A DNA stretch of 64,000 bases, from the NCBI GenBank assembly GCA_029863305.1, contig JAOTVR010000001.1, forward strand, positions 13,904 to 77,903, in the 5' to 3' direction. This stretch comes from Gammaproteobacteria bacterium. Its GTDB lineage: Bacteria > Pseudomonadota > Gammaproteobacteria > Steroidobacterales > Woeseiaceae. Under the pieces are notes generated by a model. That model did no database searches, had not been told where the DNA came from, and saw nothing but the letters and a program-made list of their open reading frames with translations. How positions within the stretch are numbered: the first letter of the stretch is position 1; each line of letters begins with the position of its first letter. Position numbers and translations under genes: made by a program. Shown here one piece after another: positions 54,331 through 62,047 of this stretch.

Positions 54331-55242
54331 ATGACTGATTTGCAGCGCATGCGCGGCTCGATGCCGCCGGTCATAACACCGATTCGCGATGGCGCGGTGG
54401 ACTACGATGCCTACGTTGGCCTTATCGAGTATCAGGTCAAGGAAGGTTCGCACGGCGTTTTGGTGAACGGCACGACAGCCGAACCCTCCACGCTGACCAC
54501 GAAAGAACGTAATCGCCTTGTCGATCTGGCCATCGAGACCGTCGACGGTCGAATTCCGGTCGTGGCAGCGACGGGCTCGCAATCGCTGGCCGAAACGCAG
54601 GAGCTGACGCGGCACGCGGCAAATGCCGGCGCCGATGCCCTGCTGATCGTCACGCCTTATTACATTCGCCCACCACAACGTGGGCTGGTCGAGTATTACC
54701 TGAAGTTGGCCGGGCAACACGACACACCGTGGATGATCTATCACATACCCGGCCGCACGGCGGTTAACGTCACGCTGGACTCGATGAAGGCGCTGCGCGA
54801 AAAATCGAATACCTTTATCGGCATGAAGCACGCCGTCAATGATCTCGGCTTCGTTACCGAATGTTTCGCAGCGCTCGGCAACGACTTCAGGGTCTTTGTC
54901 GGCCTCGAGGAGCTGTCTTTCCCGATGATGACGATTGGCGCATGCGGGCTGATGAATGCCGTTGGCAATCTTCGCCCTGGCATTCTTGCTCGAATGTGTG
55001 ACGCGGTCTGGGACAGCGACCTGGTAAAAGGCCGCGAGTTGCATCAGCGGCTGCTCGAGATAAACCAATCGGTTTTTTATGACACGAACCCGATTCCGAT
55101 GAAGTACATGATGAAGAAACTGGGTTTGATTCCGGGCAATGAGCATCGTCTGCCGATGGTACCCGCCACCCCCGAGCTCGAGCGCCGTCTCGACGCAGTA
55201 CTGGAACGCGCCGGCTTACTTACGGACGGGAATGCAGCATGA
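54331..55242 (+). CDS. Dihydrodipicolinate-synthase-family (class-I aldolase) protein
   Basis: GVLVNGTTAEPSTLT, VTPYYIRP, MIYHIPGRT and the Schiff-base Lys region FIGMKHA. Confidence 0.85.
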   Translation: MTDLQRMRGSMPPVITPIRDGAVDYDAYVGLIEYQVKEGSHGVLVNGTTAEPSTLTTKERNRLVDLAIETVDGRIPVVAATGSQSLAETQELTRHAANAGADALLIVTPYYIRPPQRGLVEYYLKLAGQHDTPWMIYHIPGRTAVNVTLDSMKALREKSNTFIGMKHAVNDLGFVTECFAALGNDFRVFVGLEELSFPMMTIGACGLMNAVGNLRPGILARMCDAVWDSDLVKGRELHQRLLEINQSVFYDTNPIPMKYMMKKLGLIPGNEHRLPMVPATPELERRLDAVLERAGLLTDGNAA

Positions 55243-56099
55243 AGTTCCTCAGCTTCGAGAACAACGGGCAAGCCGGCTTTGGCGCCGTCATCGACTCGGG
55301 TGTCGTCGATCTTGGCGCAAGGCATGCTGAACTGGACGATTTGCGCGCCGCCATACGAGCTGGCCGGCTCGCGGAACTGGCGATTGAAGCAGCGGCAGCC
55401 GATGCCGACTATTCGCTGGGTGAGATCGACTATCTGCCCACGGTCCCGAATCCGGAGAAGATCATCTGTATCGGCGTTAACTACGCCAATCGCAATGCGG
55501 AGTACAAAGACGGGTCGGAGGCCCCAAGGTACCCCAGCGTGTTCATGCGCACGAGGGAGTCGCTGGTCGGACACGAGCAGGCGATTCTTGATCCACCAGA
55601 GTCGGCCCAGCTCGACTATGAAGGTGAAATCGTCATTGTCATCGGCCAAGCGGGCCGCCGCATTCCCGAAGACGAGGCCCACGAATACATTGCCGGGCTG
55701 ACGATAATGAACGAGGGCTCGTTGCGCGACTTCCTGCGCCACGCCAAGTTCAATGTGACCCAGGGCAAGAATTTCGCCAGCTCCGGATCCATGGGTCCCT
55801 GGCTCGTTACGCCTGACGAGCTTGATCCGATGGGTGAATTGCGGATCATGACGCGGGTGAACGGCGAAGAGCGGCAAAACGATGTCACCGCAAACCTGAT
55901 ATTCCCGTTCCGATACCTGATCAGCTACCTGTCGACGTTTTATCACCTCAAACCCGGAGACGTCATTGCGACCGGCACGCCGAACGGCGCCGGCGCGCGC
56001 TTTGATCCGCCGAAGTACCTAAAAGGCGGTGATGTCGTCGAGGTCGAAGTTCCCGGCATTGGCGTTCTTGCGAATACCGTGGTGACGGAAACGGTATGA
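55239..56099 (+). CDS. Fumarylacetoacetate-hydrolase-family protein (HpcE/HpaG-like decarboxylase, isomerase or hydratase)
   Basis: KIICIGVNYANR, LDYEGEIVIVIG and PGDVIATGTPNGAG. ATGA-type overlap with the previous gene. Confidence 0.85.
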   Translation: MKFLSFENNGQAGFGAVIDSGVVDLGARHAELDDLRAAIRAGRLAELAIEAAAADADYSLGEIDYLPTVPNPEKIICIGVNYANRNAEYKDGSEAPRYPSVFMRTRESLVGHEQAILDPPESAQLDYEGEIVIVIGQAGRRIPEDEAHEYIAGLTIMNEGSLRDFLRHAKFNVTQGKNFASSGSMGPWLVTPDELDPMGELRIMTRVNGEERQNDVTANLIFPFRYLISYLSTFYHLKPGDVIATGTPNGAGARFDPPKYLKGGDVVEVEVPGIGVLANTVVTETV

Positions 56100-56566
56100 C
56101 GAATTCCGGCACCAGGGGCAATGCTGGAACACTGCGCGATTTTCGGCATTCCTTACCGATGGAGCTGTTGCGGGCGCGCGAAGCCGCGATGGCGCGGTTT
56201 CGGCCGATGCTGCGCGAGCACGGTCTGACCGAACAACAATGGCGTGTGATTCGGGCTTTGGCCGACGGAGACCGGCTGGATGCGAGCGAACTTGCGAGGC
56301 GCAGCTACCTGCTTGCGCCCAGTCTGACCCGGATTCTGCAGTTTCTTGAAAAGGAAGGCCTCGTCAAGCGCAGCTCCGATAGCCGCGATCAGAGGCGTTC
56401 GGTGCTCGCACTTACCGCGAAGGGCCGGCGCGTCTTTAATCGTGTTGGTCCGGACTCCGAGATTCGTTACGCCGAAATCGAAGCGCAATTCGGTCGTGAC
56501 CGACTCAACACGCTGTACGAACTGCTCGCGGACTTTTACACGACGCTGGACAGTGCCGACAGCTGA
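56096..56566 (+). CDS. hpaR: MarR-family regulator, HpaR-like
   Basis: RPMLREHGLTEQQWRVIRAL...LAPSLTRILQFLEKEGLVKRSSDSRDQRRSVLALTAKG. The ATG overlaps the FAH stop (ATGA). Confidence 0.75.
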   Translation: MTNSGTRGNAGTLRDFRHSLPMELLRAREAAMARFRPMLREHGLTEQQWRVIRALADGDRLDASELARRSYLLAPSLTRILQFLEKEGLVKRSSDSRDQRRSVLALTAKGRRVFNRVGPDSEIRYAEIEAQFGRDRLNTLYELLADFYTTLDSADS

Positions 56567-56567
56567 G

Positions 56568-57068
56568 TCAAAGGTCGGGCAAAACTACGGGTGCGCTGTC
56601 CCGCCTGGCCGGGGAATCGTCCGGGCTGTCGCCTGGCCTACCGCCGCCCGGATTGGCAATCTGTTCGAGTCCGTCGAGAACCTGCTCCCAGGTACCGGCG
56701 TCAACAGACTGCTTGAGCCGCGCATAGGCGCTGGCAATTGCCGGCATGATGTCGGCTTCGAGAGCGGCGCCGGTACGGGTGGTCTGGACAAACACCTTGC
56801 GACGATCGCGGTCCGACTTGCGGCGCGCAACCAGGCCCGCGCGTTGCAGACGGTCGACGATGCCAACCAGACTTGGCGCCGCGATCAACGTCAGGTCCGA
56901 GAGCTCCCTGAGCGTTATCTGCTCATGCTCCCAGAGTACGCGCAGCACTCGGCCCTGCTGCTCGGTTAGACCGAAGTCATTGAAGATCTTGCGGAATCTT
57001 GGCATAACCGCATCAAGTGCGCGATGCAGCACCATGGGCAGGGAGCGATTGAACTGATCGATTGCCAT
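56568..57068 (-). CDS. MarR-family regulator, second HpaR-like paralogue
   Basis: RKIFNDFGLTEQQGRVLRVL...AAPSLVGIVDRLQRAGLVARRKSDRDRRKVFVQTTRTG, followed by a Pro/Asp-rich C-terminal tail. Its stop lies 1 nt from the convergent hpaR stop. Confidence 0.75.
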   Translation of the reverse strand: MAIDQFNRSLPMVLHRALDAVMPRFRKIFNDFGLTEQQGRVLRVLWEHEQITLRELSDLTLIAAPSLVGIVDRLQRAGLVARRKSDRDRRKVFVQTTRTGAALEADIMPAIASAYARLKQSVDAGTWEQVLDGLEQIANPGGGRPGDSPDDSPARRDSAPVVLPDL

Positions 57069-57083
57069 GCACGGACAAGTTAC

Positions 57084-57095
57084 TTAATATATTAA
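57084..57095. promoter_or_regulatory. Perfect 12-bp palindrome TTAATATATTAA in an extremely AT-rich divergent promoter; candidate MarR operator
   Basis: The 56-nt gap between the MarR gene (-) and the flavin reductase gene (+) reads ...TACTTAATATATTAATAATTAATATGATAATGATT... against a GC-rich background. Confidence 0.45.
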
Positions 57096-57124
57096 TAATT
57101 AATATGATAATGATTGAGAACCGG

Positions 57125-57610
57125 ATGTCAACAGAGCAACGTCAGGAGCTGCGCCAGTGCCTGGGCAAGTTCGCGACCGGCGTGACCGTCGTCACCTGCG
57201 ACGGTTCGGACGGGCCCTGCGGCATCACGGCAAACAGCTTCAGTTCGGTCTCGCTGCAGCCGCCGCTGGTACTGTGGAATATCGCGAAAGTCTCGAATTC
57301 ACTGCAGGCGTATCTCGACGCCGAGTATTTTGCGATCAACATCCTGAGCGCCGGGCAACAAAAGCTGTCATCACATTTCGCGCAGTCCGACCATACCTTG
57401 TGGGACAACGTCCAGTACGACACGTCCGCGGATAACGTGCCCCTGCTCCGGGATACGGTGGCGTGCTTCGAGTGTCGTACGCATCAGATTCACGATTGCG
57501 GTGACCACTTCATTATTGTCGGCGAAATCGAGCGCTTTCGATCCAGTAACGATGAGCCGCTGGTGTTTTACGGCGGGCAGTATGCCGCGCTAAAGCCAAG
57601 CGGCGAGTAA
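57125..57610 (+). CDS. Flavin reductase, HpaC-like (two-component monooxygenase reductase component)
   Basis: Start at MSTEQRQELRQCLGKFATGVTVVT. GITANSFSSVSLQPPLVLWNI and DHFIIVGEI. Confidence 0.8.
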   Translation: MSTEQRQELRQCLGKFATGVTVVTCDGSDGPCGITANSFSSVSLQPPLVLWNIAKVSNSLQAYLDAEYFAINILSAGQQKLSSHFAQSDHTLWDNVQYDTSADNVPLLRDTVACFECRTHQIHDCGDHFIIVGEIERFRSSNDEPLVFYGGQYAALKPSGE

Positions 57611-57665
57611 TCCCGGCAGCGAACTGATCCGGAAAGGCAAGAGTGCGAATCGAATGTGTCGCAGG

Positions 57666-58952
57666 TCAGATGTCGTATCCACGCTCATCGTGTTCGACAA
57701 GATCCAGCCCCTGCGTCTCTTCGTCAGCCGAAACGCGCAGCGGCAGCACGATGTTGATCAGTTTGAGCAGAATGAACGTCATGCCGCCACACCACAGGAT
57801 TGTGGCAAGCATGCCGGTTAGCTGGACGACAAACTGCTGGCCAATGCTTACGCCGTCGGGCAATCCCATTCCACCGTAGTTCGCGCTGACGAACACCGAG
57901 GTCAGCAGGATGCCGAGCATCCCGCCGACACCGTGAACCGGGAAGACGTCGAGCGAATCATCAATCTGCAGTTTGCGTTTGATAGTCATCGTCGCGAAGA
58001 AACAGACGACGCCCGCCAGCAAGCCGATGACTATCGCGCCGCCCGGGCCGACAAACCCCGATGCCGGCGTGATCGTGCCGAGACCCGCCACCATGCCGGT
58101 CGCGATGCCCAGGACGCTGGGTTTGCCAAAGCGCAGCCATTCGCAGCACATCCAGGCCAGCGAACCGGATGCGGCACCGAGGTGCGTCACGAGCATGGCC
58201 ATGCCTGCGGCACCGTTCGACGCGACCGCACTACCCGCATTGAAGCCGAACCACCCGACCCACAGCATGCACGCACCGGCGACAGTCCAGGGCAGGTTGT
58301 GCGGCGCCATCTGCGTGGTCGGGAAGCCGCGGCGATTGCCGATCATCAGGGCGGCGACGAGCGCTGCAATGCCGGCATTGATATGCACGACCGCCCCGCC
58401 CGCGTAGTCCATGAAGCCACGCTCAGCAAGCCAGCCGCCGCCCCAGACCCAGTGCGCAACCGGAACGTAGACCAGCATCAGCCAGAGCAGGCAAAACAGC
58501 AGCATCGCCGAAAAACGAATGCGCTCAGCGAAAGCGCCGACGATCAGTGCCGGTGTGATGATTGCGAACGTCATCTGGAACATGACGAAGACTGTCTCGG
58601 GAATCGTCCCCGACAGCGAATCGCTCGTGACGCCGGACAGAAATGCCTGGTCCAGACCTCCGGTCAGCCCGCCAAACAATGAGCCCTCACCAAATATCAG
58701 GCTGTAGCCGGCAATAACCCATAGCAGCGAAGCGGCGCAAGCGATGGTAAAACACTGCATCATCACTGACAGCACATTCCGATTGCGAACGAGGCCCGAA
58801 TAAAACAATGCCAGACCGGGCAGGGTCATGAACAACACAAGTGCGGTTGCCGTCAGCATCCAGGCCGTATCGCCCGAGTCGAGCCCATCGGCGGCAAATG
58901 TAAGACCTGGCACCAGCAGGAATAGCAGGAGTGTCGCTGCAAATTGCGTCAT
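57666..58952 (-). CDS. amt: Ammonium transporter (Amt family)
   Basis: Signal peptide, then DSGDTAWMLTATALVLFMTLPGLALFYSGL, AGGAVVHINAGIAALV and VHGVGGMLGILLT. Confidence 0.9.
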   Translation of the reverse strand: MTQFAATLLLFLLVPGLTFAADGLDSGDTAWMLTATALVLFMTLPGLALFYSGLVRNRNVLSVMMQCFTIACAASLLWVIAGYSLIFGEGSLFGGLTGGLDQAFLSGVTSDSLSGTIPETVFVMFQMTFAIITPALIVGAFAERIRFSAMLLFCLLWLMLVYVPVAHWVWGGGWLAERGFMDYAGGAVVHINAGIAALVAALMIGNRRGFPTTQMAPHNLPWTVAGACMLWVGWFGFNAGSAVASNGAAGMAMLVTHLGAASGSLAWMCCEWLRFGKPSVLGIATGMVAGLGTITPASGFVGPGGAIVIGLLAGVVCFFATMTIKRKLQIDDSLDVFPVHGVGGMLGILLTSVFVSANYGGMGLPDGVSIGQQFVVQLTGMLATILWCGGMTFILLKLINIVLPLRVSADEETQGLDLVEHDERGYDI

Positions 58953-59110
58953 AGAGAAATTCCACCCGGTTTTTGCTTATGATTATCGTCTGCGAACCTT
59001 GCCATCGCGAACGAGCAAATTGCAAGAACAGCTGACTGCGCGGCGACGAAGGACGGATCAGGCAGCTCAATCCGCCCGGATCACCGAAAAACGCGCATGG
59101 ACCGATCACT

Positions 59111-59707
59111 ATGGACAATCAACGAGCACACATGAAACCTAAAGTATTCTGCATCGGCTTCCACAAAACCGGCACAACCAGTCTCGAACTCGCGCTGAAG
59201 AAGCTCGGTTACCGGGTGACGGGCTCATTTGGAACAAAGGACCCGGACATCGCCAGCAAGGTTCATGAACTCGCGTATGCGAAGGTCGATCAGTACGACG
59301 CCTTCGAAGACAACCCCTGGCCGATTCTGTTCAGAGAACTCGATCAGAAATTTCCAGGCAGCAAGTTCATCCTGACCCGTCGGCCCGCCGATGCCTGGAT
59401 CCGCAGCCAGGTGAAAGACTTCGCGACGACACAAACGCCAATGCGGCGCTGGATCTATGGCGAGGATGCAGGCTGTCCTGAAGGCAACGAAGCAATCTAT
59501 GTCGAGCGTTACGAACAACACAACCGGGACGTGCTGGAGTACTTCAGGGACCGGCCGGACGACCTGCTGCTGTTCGACCTCCCCACTGCCGACGGCTGGA
59601 ATTTGCTGTGTCCGTTCCTCGGCCACGAGATCCCGGATGAGCCTTTCCCGCATGCGAACAAGGCCAGTTTTTCACGCAAGGTGAAGAATCTCCTGAAACG
59701 CCACTGA
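59111..59707 (+). CDS. Small sulfotransferase-family protein
   Basis: VFCIGFHKTGTTSL (5'-PSB-like P-loop) and LTRRPADAWIRS (3'-PB-like RxPxDxxxS). The start is either 59111 or the internal MKPKVF at 59132. Confidence 0.65.
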   Translation: MDNQRAHMKPKVFCIGFHKTGTTSLELALKKLGYRVTGSFGTKDPDIASKVHELAYAKVDQYDAFEDNPWPILFRELDQKFPGSKFILTRRPADAWIRSQVKDFATTQTPMRRWIYGEDAGCPEGNEAIYVERYEQHNRDVLEYFRDRPDDLLLFDLPTADGWNLLCPFLGHEIPDEPFPHANKASFSRKVKNLLKRH

Positions 59708-59772
59708 GAATGCTGTTTTGACGCGGATGCCGCACCCTGCCTGACTTGACGGAATACGTATTTAACGCAGTT

Positions 59773-59785
59773 GCGAATCATTCGC
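59773..59785. promoter_or_regulatory. 6-1-6 inverted repeat GCGAAT-c-ATTCGC upstream of the TonB-dependent receptor
   Basis: Lies about 50 nt upstream of ATG 59837. The core AATCATT is Fur-box-like, but the overall match to the 19-bp Fur consensus is weak (I count 11 of 19). Confidence 0.3.
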
Positions 59786-59836
59786 ATTTGGATTACGGTC
59801 TGTCTCAGTTCCGACAGACCACGCAGAGACAGCCTC

Positions 59837-62047
59837 ATGTTCCATCAGATCATCGCCCGCACAGCACTCGGTGCCGCCATTTCAGTATTCTCCCTGGCCG
59901 CCAACAGCCAGGAATCCGTCGCCAGGCAGTCTGTCGAGCCGCTCGACACCGTGACGATCATCGGCCGCCCCGGCGATGTGGCGGATGTGCCGGGCTCAGC
60001 GCACGTCATCGACAGCGAGGCGCTCGAACTCTTCAATGACACCGACATTCAGCGGGTGCTGCGCACCGTCCCGGGCGTCTATCTGCAAGAAGAGGACGGC
60101 TTCGGCCTGCGCCCTAATATCGGTATTCGTGGCTCCGGCCTGGATCGCAGCGCGCGGATCGCACTGCTTGAAGACGGCATTCTGATCGCACCGGCGCCCT
60201 ACTCCGCGCCGTCCGCGTATTACTTTCCGACGCAAAGGCGCATGAGCGGCCTCGAAGTGCTCAAGGGACCCGCATCGGTTGTCGTCGGACCACGTACCAC
60301 CGGTGGCGCGCTCAACATGATCTCCACACCAATTCCGGACGCGCTCGGCGCGAACCTCGACCTGCGCATTGGCGACCACGGTACCTTTGATCTGCATGCG
60401 AACACCGGCAATCACGGTGAAAACCTGTCGTGGCTCGTTGAAACGGTGCAAAGCCAGAGTGACGGCTTCAAGCACATTGACGGACCGCTGGATGGCGGTA
60501 CGGGTTTTGAAATCCAGGACTACGTGGCGAAGTTTCAGATCGACAGCGCGGCGGATGCCTCCATTTACCAAAGTTTGCGCATGAAGCTCGGCTACACCGA
60601 TCAAACATCCGATGAAACATACCTTGGGTTGACCGATGCTGATTTCGCGGCGGATCCGATCTCGCGCTACGCAGCATCCGAAGGCGATCTGTTCACGAGC
60701 GAGCACGAGCAATACCAGCTCGGTTACGTAATCGATCCCGGCAACACCTGGCGTGGCGAAGTCACCGCGTATCGCAACAACTTCAGGCGCAATTGGTACA
60801 AGCTGCAGTCGGTGAATGGACTGAGCATGAGCAGCGTGCTTGACGACCCCGTGACCTACGCGACCGAACTCGCCTATCTGCGCGGAGACACGAGCGCCGA
60901 TGATGCAATCTTCAAGCGGGCGAACAATCGCAGCTACTATTCGCAAGGTGTGCAGGCGCAGATCGAATGGGACCTCGGTTTTGGTGAGACTGAGATCGCG
61001 CTGACGACGGGATTCCGACTTCATGCGGATGAGGAAGACCGCTTCCAGCATCAGGACGGCTATCGTATGCAAGACGGCATGTTGGTCATGACGACAGCGG
61101 GTGCACCGGCTTCGACGACGAATCGCGTATCCGATGCCCGCGCAAATTCGTATTTCATCAATGCCGAGATTCGCGCTGGTCAGTGGATACTAACGCCGGG
61201 CCTGCGCTTCGAAGACGTTGATCTGCGACGCTTCGATTATTCCACTGACGACCCGGCACGCAGCCAGGGGCCGACGCGAGTGCGGGAAAACTCGGTATCG
61301 ATGGCGATACCCGGCATCGGAGCGCTGTATCGCCTGAATAGCGAGTGGCGTTTGCTCGCCGGTGTCCACAAGGGCTTTAACCCGCCCGGACCGGGCAGCT
61401 CGGCCGACGAAGAATCGAGCCTGAATATCGAAGTCGGTACGCGCTACGACAACGATGCGCTGAGTGTCGAAGCCATTTACTTCATCAACGACTATGACAA
61501 CCTGGTCGGAACGGTAACCGAATCGACCGGTGGCGGCGGGGATATCGGCGATCAGTTTGATGGTGGCGAGGTTTCCGTCGCAGGACTCGAACTCAGTGGC
61601 CACTATAGCTGGAGTGTTGGCGGAATCGACGTGCCGCTGGGCATTCAGTACACGTGGACCCCTGCGGCCGAATTCGAAAACGCGTTCGACAGCAGCTTCG
61701 AGCCGTGGGGCAGCGTCGAGGTCGGTGATGAACTGCCGTACATCCCGGAACATCAACTGCGCGCAACGACGGGACTCGCGACCGAACAATGGCGGGTCAA
61801 CCTGGCCGCGAGCTACATCAGCGAGCTGCGGGACAAGGCTGGCCAGGGCCCCGTCGATGCCAGCGAATCGGTCGGTTCGCATGTCGTCTGGGATCTGCTC
61901 GCGAGCTGGCGGTTCAACGCCCGGCTTTCGTCTTACGTGAAAGTGGATAATCTGCTCGATGAGACATACGTTGCAGCACGTCGTCCGGCGGGACTTCGGC
62001 CCGGATTACCACGCACTGCCTATCTTGGTGTGACGTTTCGACTTTGA
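59837..62047 (+). CDS. TonB-dependent receptor
   Basis: Start at MFHQIIARTALGAAISVFSLAANSQE. TonB box DTVTIIGRP, plug motifs (VPGVYLQEEDGFGLRPNIGIRGSG, LEVLKGPASVVVGPRTTGGALNMIS) and C-terminal LGVTFRL. Confidence 0.85.
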   Translation: MFHQIIARTALGAAISVFSLAANSQESVARQSVEPLDTVTIIGRPGDVADVPGSAHVIDSEALELFNDTDIQRVLRTVPGVYLQEEDGFGLRPNIGIRGSGLDRSARIALLEDGILIAPAPYSAPSAYYFPTQRRMSGLEVLKGPASVVVGPRTTGGALNMISTPIPDALGANLDLRIGDHGTFDLHANTGNHGENLSWLVETVQSQSDGFKHIDGPLDGGTGFEIQDYVAKFQIDSAADASIYQSLRMKLGYTDQTSDETYLGLTDADFAADPISRYAASEGDLFTSEHEQYQLGYVIDPGNTWRGEVTAYRNNFRRNWYKLQSVNGLSMSSVLDDPVTYATELAYLRGDTSADDAIFKRANNRSYYSQGVQAQIEWDLGFGETEIALTTGFRLHADEEDRFQHQDGYRMQDGMLVMTTAGAPASTTNRVSDARANSYFINAEIRAGQWILTPGLRFEDVDLRRFDYSTDDPARSQGPTRVRENSVSMAIPGIGALYRLNSEWRLLAGVHKGFNPPGPGSSADEESSLNIEVGTRYDNDALSVEAIYFINDYDNLVGTVTESTGGGGDIGDQFDGGEVSVAGLELSGHYSWSVGGIDVPLGIQYTWTPAAEFENAFDSSFEPWGSVEVGDELPYIPEHQLRATTGLATEQWRVNLAASYISELRDKAGQGPVDASESVGSHVVWDLLASWRFNARLSSYVKVDNLLDETYVAARRPAGLRPGLPRTAYLGVTFRL

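Noticed and set aside
58987-59006. Possible sigma-54/NtrC-type promoter upstream of the ammonium transporter (minus-strand TGGCAAGGTTCGCA)
   Set aside because: The GG-N8-GC spacing does not fit the -24/-12 geometry. No flanking NtrC-type dyads were seen, and no glnK lies upstream.
59767-59791. Calling the GCGAATcATTCGC dyad a Fur box
   Set aside because: Only the AATCATT core matches. I count about 11 of 19 positions against GATAATGATAATCATTATC. It is kept only as an unassigned palindromic candidate operator.
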